NCBI GenBank assembly: GCA_045587665.1
Contig: JAZNCT010000073.1
Span: 1 to 49,472 of the forward strand
Reading direction: 5' to 3'
From: Eubacteriales bacterium
Lineage (GTDB): Bacteria; Bacillota; Clostridia; Oscillospirales; CAG-272
Length of the DNA: 49,472 bases
Position 1 is the stretch's first letter; every line of letters begins with the position of its first letter. The notes below the pieces were generated by a model, which was not told where the DNA came from, made no database searches, and was given only the letters and a program-made list of their open reading frames with translations. Both the position numbers and the translations under genes were made by a program. Positions 44,580 through 49,472 of the stretch are shown here, one piece after another.

Positions 44580-44643
44580 ACTGTTGAATTCACGTTTCAC
44601 ACTTTTTATTTTCATGTGAAACTGTTTTTGGAGGCATTGAATT

Positions 44644-45696
44644 ATGAAAAAGAAAATTGCAGTTGTTGGATATGGAGGACAGGGTGGCTGGCACGCAAAG
44701 CACGCTCTTGCAAGCGATGTTATCGCCCTTGCCGGGGTCTTTGATATAAAAGAAGAAAGACAGCAAGCCGCACGGGACGCAGGTATAAAGGCATACGCTT
44801 CGTTTGAAGAAATACTTGCAGATAAGGATGTTGATATCGTTGTTTGTGCAACACCAAACGATGTTCACAAGGACATTGTGATAAGATCTCTTGAAAAGGG
44901 CAAAAATGTTGTTTGTGAAAAGCCTGTGGCTCTTTCCATTGCTGATTTTGACGATATGTGCGAAGCAGCAAAAAAGGCCGGCAAGCTGTTCACCGTTCAC
45001 CAGAACAGACGTTGGGACGTTGATTTTCTTGCTATTAAATCAATTATTGAAAGCGGAGAGATCGGTGAAACTATAAATATCGAATCCCGTGTTCACGGTT
45101 CGAGAGGAATTCCTTCAGACTGGAGATGCCTGAAGCCCTATGGCGGCGGAATGGTTCTTGACTGGGGCGTTCACCTTATCGACCAGATGCTTCAGCTCAT
45201 CCCCGAAAAGATAGTTAAAATATACTGTGAGCTTAATAATATCACAACGGAAGAGGTTGACGACGGTATGCACCTGATGCTCACATTCGAGTCGGGCAAG
45301 AGAGCAACCGTTGAGGTTGGTACATACAACTTCATCTATATGCCCAGATTCTATATGCAGTGTAAAACTGGCTCTGCTCTTATCGAAGATTGGCAGAAAA
45401 AATGCAAGGTTGCCAAGATGAAGGCATGGAACGAAAAGGAAGTTATGCCCGTCCAGACAGCGGCAGGCATTACAAAGACAATGGCGCCAAGAGACGAGAT
45501 CACACTTGATACATATGAAATTGAGCGTCCCACATCCGACGTTCACGATTTCTACCGCAATGTTGTCAAGGCTATCGACGGAAGTGAAGAACAGCTCATT
45601 AAGCTCAGCGAGGTACGCCGTGTACTTCAGGTAATGGAAGCTTGCTTCAAGAGTGGCGAAACAGGGGAGTCCATTATTTACAAAGACGGAATTTAA
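44644..45696 (+). CDS. Gfo/Idh/MocA family NAD(P)-dependent oxidoreductase
   Basis: VVGYGGQG, CEKP, HQNRRWD, GGGMVLDWGVHLIDQ. Confidence 0.92.
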   Translation: MKKKIAVVGYGGQGGWHAKHALASDVIALAGVFDIKEERQQAARDAGIKAYASFEEILADKDVDIVVCATPNDVHKDIVIRSLEKGKNVVCEKPVALSIADFDDMCEAAKKAGKLFTVHQNRRWDVDFLAIKSIIESGEIGETINIESRVHGSRGIPSDWRCLKPYGGGMVLDWGVHLIDQMLQLIPEKIVKIYCELNNITTEEVDDGMHLMLTFESGKRATVEVGTYNFIYMPRFYMQCKTGSALIEDWQKKCKVAKMKAWNEKEVMPVQTAAGITKTMAPRDEITLDTYEIERPTSDVHDFYRNVVKAIDGSEEQLIKLSEVRRVLQVMEACFKSGETGESIIYKDGI

Positions 45697-45701
45697 TAAT
45701 G

Positions 45702-45734
45702 AAAAAGGTTGATGCCAATGGCATCAACCTTTTT
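45702..45734. terminator. Bidirectional terminator
   Basis: AAAAAGGTTGATGCC-AAT-GGCATCAACCTTTTT. Confidence 0.88.
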
Positions 45735-47145
45735 ATACTTCATAGCTTTCAAGAAAAGCTCTTAAAATGTCACGCATCTCTGAAGCAAGATACAAAGATC
45801 CAAACGAAACGACAGCATCCTCTTCACGGATATCGGAAAACAAAGCGCAAAGCTCCTTCGCTTTCCTATTGCCAAGGGTTGTGAGGGCTTCAATCGGCAC
45901 CCTTCCCTCTGTTATATCAAGCAGTATATCACTCAGCTCGGATGCTTCCATAGCCCTTGGGCTATCCGGCGTCAGTGTAACGATCTTTCTTACCCTTATA
46001 TTTCCTCTTTTTATAAGCTCTGCAAAAGGAGCAAGAGCACTTTTAGGATCCTTGTCTTTAAGCATACCAAGAACAAAGGTTACCTCTCCTTTGATCGAAT
46101 GTGCCACCACATCAAGACTTTCGGTGAAAGCCTCAATTCCCGAAGCATTGTGAGCACCGTCGATTATCACGGTTGGAGAGACTCCAAGCACCTCAAAACG
46201 GGCAGGAAACCATGCCCTCTCAAGCCCCCTTGCAACAACTTCATATGGCAGATCCATTCCCACTCTTGAAAGAGCCGCCGCCGCATCAATAACAGTTGCC
46301 GCATTCAGCATCTGATATGAAGCCGCAAGCCTTGTCTTATAATGTTTTCCGTAATATTCAAATTCCAGACCGCCAAGCGATGAATGAATGAGCCTCAGCT
46401 CTGATCTTACAGGAACTGTTATCCGTGCATTTGCGGCAACACAGGCATCGGATATCACCTGCCTCACCTCAGGTAGCTGTGGATAACTGACGACCTCGGA
46501 TGTTCCTCTTTTAATAATCCCGCATTTTTCAGCAGCGATCTTCACTTCGGTTTCACCAAGCAGCTCTGTGTGGTCAAGCCCGATGCTCATTATAACCGCC
46601 GCCATAGGGGGATCTATAATATTTGTTGCATCATAGCGTCCGCCAAGTCCACACTCAAGTATCACCGCATCGCATCTCTTTTCAAGAAAATACAAAAATC
46701 CGATAGCTGTTACTATCTCAAATTGCACCGTCATATCAGAAATGCTGCCGTCCAGCAATTGTCTCGGAACAGAGAACGGTACCGCCTCGCCTTCACGGGC
46801 ACGTTTGATATCTCTCTGCATTTCAGAAACAGCCATAGACACCTTTGCTGTTATACTGCAAAGTTCTTCGTGTTCTATCATCCTGCCGTCCACAGTTATC
46901 CTCTCTCTGAAATCAAGGATATATGGAGAGACAAATCTGCCGCACACATAGCCGGCCTCTCTCAGCACAAAATCCAGCATAGAAGCGCATGAGCCTTTTC
47001 CGTTTGTGCCTGCAATATGCACAAATTTAAGTTTTTTCTGAGGATCGCCAAGATATCGGCAAAGCAGGCGCATGCGTTCAAGTGTGGGCGCACCTGCCGT
47101 TCTCGGAAAGGAAGCTATCTTTTTAAGAGCATTTATATACGTCAT
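45733..47145 (-). CDS. folC: Folylpolyglutamate synthase / dihydrofolate synthase
   Basis: HIAGTNGKGS, SPYI..FRERI, ECGLGGRYDATN, GLDHTELLG, DGAHN, FGSLYL. Confidence 0.95.
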   Translation of the reverse strand: MTYINALKKIASFPRTAGAPTLERMRLLCRYLGDPQKKLKFVHIAGTNGKGSCASMLDFVLREAGYVCGRFVSPYILDFRERITVDGRMIEHEELCSITAKVSMAVSEMQRDIKRAREGEAVPFSVPRQLLDGSISDMTVQFEIVTAIGFLYFLEKRCDAVILECGLGGRYDATNIIDPPMAAVIMSIGLDHTELLGETEVKIAAEKCGIIKRGTSEVVSYPQLPEVRQVISDACVAANARITVPVRSELRLIHSSLGGLEFEYYGKHYKTRLAASYQMLNAATVIDAAAALSRVGMDLPYEVVARGLERAWFPARFEVLGVSPTVIIDGAHNASGIEAFTESLDVVAHSIKGEVTFVLGMLKDKDPKSALAPFAELIKRGNIRVRKIVTLTPDSPRAMEASELSDILLDITEGRVPIEALTTLGNRKAKELCALFSDIREEDAVVSFGSLYLASEMRDILRAFLESYEV

Positions 47146-48321
47146 TTAATCACCTAACAAAAATCTTTTTGCTTCTTCATATTCTTCTCTTGCTTTACGC
47201 AATGATGAAGCAGACGGGTTCTTTCTGAGCACCGCACGAAGCATAATATTTTTTGGTGTTTCCTCGGGATCAATAAGCTCAAGAGCTGCACAGGAATATC
47301 CCTTAGCTTCAAGAAGCTTCAGGCGCAAAGCATCGGTTGCAGCGTCGCAAAGCTTTTGGCGGAGCATAGAATGTTCGGCTATGAACGATAGGGCCTCACA
47401 CTTCAGACTGTGATTCAGCTCATGATGACAGCAGGGAGTTGAAAGAATAACAGGGGCTTTCCATTCAGCCGCCTTGTGAAGGACGATATCGGTTGCCGTG
47501 TCACAGGCATGAAGGGAAATAACAAGAGAGGGGGGCGCTTCGGTCACATATTTTGTGATATCTTCGCAAATAAATTCCAGCCCCGAAAAGCCAAGTGATT
47601 TTGCAACTGATGAGCAGTATTCAATAACATCGCTTTTCAGATCTACCCCTGTCATATAAACACTGCGGCCTTTTATATTTGCAAAATAATAATAAACCGC
47701 AAAGGAAAGATAGCTTTTGCCGCAGCAAAGATCGCATATCCTCAGCTCGCCTTCGGTAGGCAGGTATTTTTCTATATCGCGGATATGCTCAAGAAATCTG
47801 TTGATCTGCCTGAATTTAGGTCTTTTTTTATCGTGAACTCTTCCTTTTTCGTCGCTTACGCCAAGCAGACGCAAAAAATCCTCACTGCCGCTTAGAATAT
47901 AATTCTTCTCTTTATCATTTTTCATCAAGGCCACAGGCGATCTTTCGGCAAATGCTTCTTTTTTCAGCTTACCTGCGCCGATAAGAGTCTCCTTGCCCGA
48001 GCGGGATCTTTTATATTCGCAATCACCTGCGCTTGTCAATACATTTATCTGCATATATCCAAAGCAAAGCTCTGCAAGTGTGGCTGTATCAGAAGGCTCA
48101 ATGTTTGTGTGAACAGCCTTATTATCGCTTCTGAAGGTCTCGCACTGCAGCATTTCTCTGCCTCCGATAAGACGCAGTGTTATAACCGATCTTTTGATAT
48201 GGGCAGAAACAGGCTTTGAAAGCACTGCTTTTTTAAGGCATCCGGCCTTTGAAGCATCTACAATTATGCCGGAGAGAGCCGCAAGCTCCTCAGAATAAGC
48301 ATTATTTGTTTTCATTTTCAC
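47146..48321 (-). CDS. SAM-dependent methyltransferase (Methyltransf_32-like)
   Basis: KFRQINRFLE, DLCCGKSYLSF, SLHACDTATD, PCCHHEL, TPKNIMLRA. Confidence 0.88.
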   Translation of the reverse strand: MKMKTNNAYSEELAALSGIIVDASKAGCLKKAVLSKPVSAHIKRSVITLRLIGGREMLQCETFRSDNKAVHTNIEPSDTATLAELCFGYMQINVLTSAGDCEYKRSRSGKETLIGAGKLKKEAFAERSPVALMKNDKEKNYILSGSEDFLRLLGVSDEKGRVHDKKRPKFRQINRFLEHIRDIEKYLPTEGELRICDLCCGKSYLSFAVYYYFANIKGRSVYMTGVDLKSDVIEYCSSVAKSLGFSGLEFICEDITKYVTEAPPSLVISLHACDTATDIVLHKAAEWKAPVILSTPCCHHELNHSLKCEALSFIAEHSMLRQKLCDAATDALRLKLLEAKGYSCAALELIDPEETPKNIMLRAVLRKNPSASSLRKAREEYEEAKRFLLGD

Positions 48322-49039
48322 TGTTTTCCTTCTTCCTACCTATAGAAAGCTTCGATTCGGTGTGGTTCATAAGACGTTTTATATTACCCCTGTGCATAAA
48401 CACCACCATCATTGCCATAAGAAAGGCAAATATAACATCCGTGCCCCACATGATTCCGTTAGCCTTGTACCACTCCACCGTTATGGTGTTTATTCTGTGA
48501 AGTATAACAGGATAAAGGAGAGCAGCCATTACAGACCCAAGCGAAACATATTTTGTTGAAACAACAATAAAAACAAAAACAAAAAGTATCACAAAAAACA
48601 CAACAGGATTGAGCATCAGCATAGCTGCCGCACTTGTTGCCACGCCCTTTCCACCCTTAAATCGGTAATACAGGGGAAACATATGGCCAAGAACACAGAA
48701 AAATGCTGCCATATATCCGCCCTCAACAAGCCCCATAAGAGCACAGCCTACCGTTACCGCAACAACAGCCTTCAGCATATCTCCCGCCATGGTAAACACA
48801 GCAGCTCTATTGCCGTATGTGCGCTGCATATTGGTTGTGCCGCCGTTTCCGCTGCCCTTTGTTCGTATGTCCTCACCGTAACGTTTTTTCGAAATAATGA
48901 CCGCAAAATTAAAAGATCCTATCAAATAAGGAATTATAATGCAAGCAAGCGTCAAAGCTATATAGAGCACAGGAGAATGTTCCTTGCCGAAGGTCAGGTA
49001 ATCATATAAGCCATGAAGCATAAAACCGCTGTATATCAT
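48302..49039 (-). CDS. plsY: Glycerol-3-phosphate acyltransferase
   Basis: YLIGS, DIRTKGSGNGGTTN.R, GHMFPLY..FKGGKGVAT, HRGNIKRL. Confidence 0.95.
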   Translation of the reverse strand: MIYSGFMLHGLYDYLTFGKEHSPVLYIALTLACIIIPYLIGSFNFAVIISKKRYGEDIRTKGSGNGGTTNMQRTYGNRAAVFTMAGDMLKAVVAVTVGCALMGLVEGGYMAAFFCVLGHMFPLYYRFKGGKGVATSAAAMLMLNPVVFFVILFVFVFIVVSTKYVSLGSVMAALLYPVILHRINTITVEWYKANGIMWGTDVIFAFLMAMMVVFMHRGNIKRLMNHTESKLSIGRKKENSENENK

Positions 49040-49275
49040 TTGTTTTTATCTCCTCTCTCAAAAAGCGCTCTCAGCCTGAAAGTGTTTTTTTCACGCCTTT
49101 GGGCTTTCTCTTTTTCAAGCATTTCCAAAACTCTTATTTCTCCACACTCGGAAATGTCTGCAAAAAAAACATCTCCCTCGGAGAGTGCGGCACAAAATTC
49201 ATATTTTTCACCGTCCTCCGAAAAGCAAACGGCAATTCCTTCTTCTATCCTGTCAACGGTAAGCTTTTTCTCCAT
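49036..49275 (-). CDS. DUF3006 family protein
   Basis: TVDRIEEGIAV, EGDV and a C-terminal helix ending LF; ATGA overlap with plsY. Confidence 0.78.
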   Translation of the reverse strand: MEKKLTVDRIEEGIAVCFSEDGEKYEFCAALSEGDVFFADISECGEIRVLEMLEKEKAQRREKNTFRLRALFERGDKNK

Positions 49276-49328
49276 TTCACCAACATACCTTTCACAAAAT
49301 TTCAAACGTCAAACACAAGTCCATTGTA

Positions 49329-49357
49329 ATTATAACATAATTTTGCCGTTTTTTCAA
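49329..49357 (-). promoter_or_regulatory. sigmaA promoter of DUF3006-plsY-methyltransferase-folC
   Basis: TTGAAA-17-TATAAT, TG-extended. Confidence 0.72.
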
Positions 49358-49472
49358 TATTATATTTCATATTCCAAAAATTATATTTATCTTTCATTTT
49401 GTGCAATTTGTATATACATTTAAGCAAATAGGCAAATTTAACAAAGTTTTTTCTTGATTTTTTGGTTTTTTT

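Noticed and set aside
1-49472. CRISPR arrays, tRNA/rRNA genes, transposases, prophage, retron or other defence modules
   Set aside because: No regularly spaced direct repeats or hallmark protein motifs were seen by eye. Short or degenerate elements could have been missed without computation.

Overview
Low-GC, gene-dense chromosomal segment, most likely from a spore-forming clostridial bacterium (Oscillospirales/Ruminococcaceae-like, inferred from gene content and canonical sigmaA promoters). It holds about 53 CDS. I saw no rRNA, tRNA, CRISPR array, transposase or phage gene. Core genes: potA, trxA, bcp, tyrS, rplU-prp-rpmA with its L21 leader, pyk, folC, plsY and dispersed hexuronate genes (uxaC, kdgK, eda). 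Best leads: (1) a cobalamin-riboswitch operon (13911->7562, - strand) encoding a small basic protein, a surface DUF4430-like protein, a membrane-tethered transcobalamin/intrinsic-factor-like alpha+beta protein and a full ECF transporter; (2) a hairpin at 34064-34097 that looks like both a terminator and two back-to-back -35 boxes, one belonging to a perfect sigmaA promoter firing antisense through a SleB-like gene that lacks its catalytic Glu (excludon-like layout); (3) an orphan promoter-hairpin-microORF-terminator unit at 7291-7562; (4) a GT2-GtrA / phosphodiester glycosidase / PAP2 / CapA envelope operon with no GT-C enzyme. All family calls come from recognising motifs by eye. No database searches were run.
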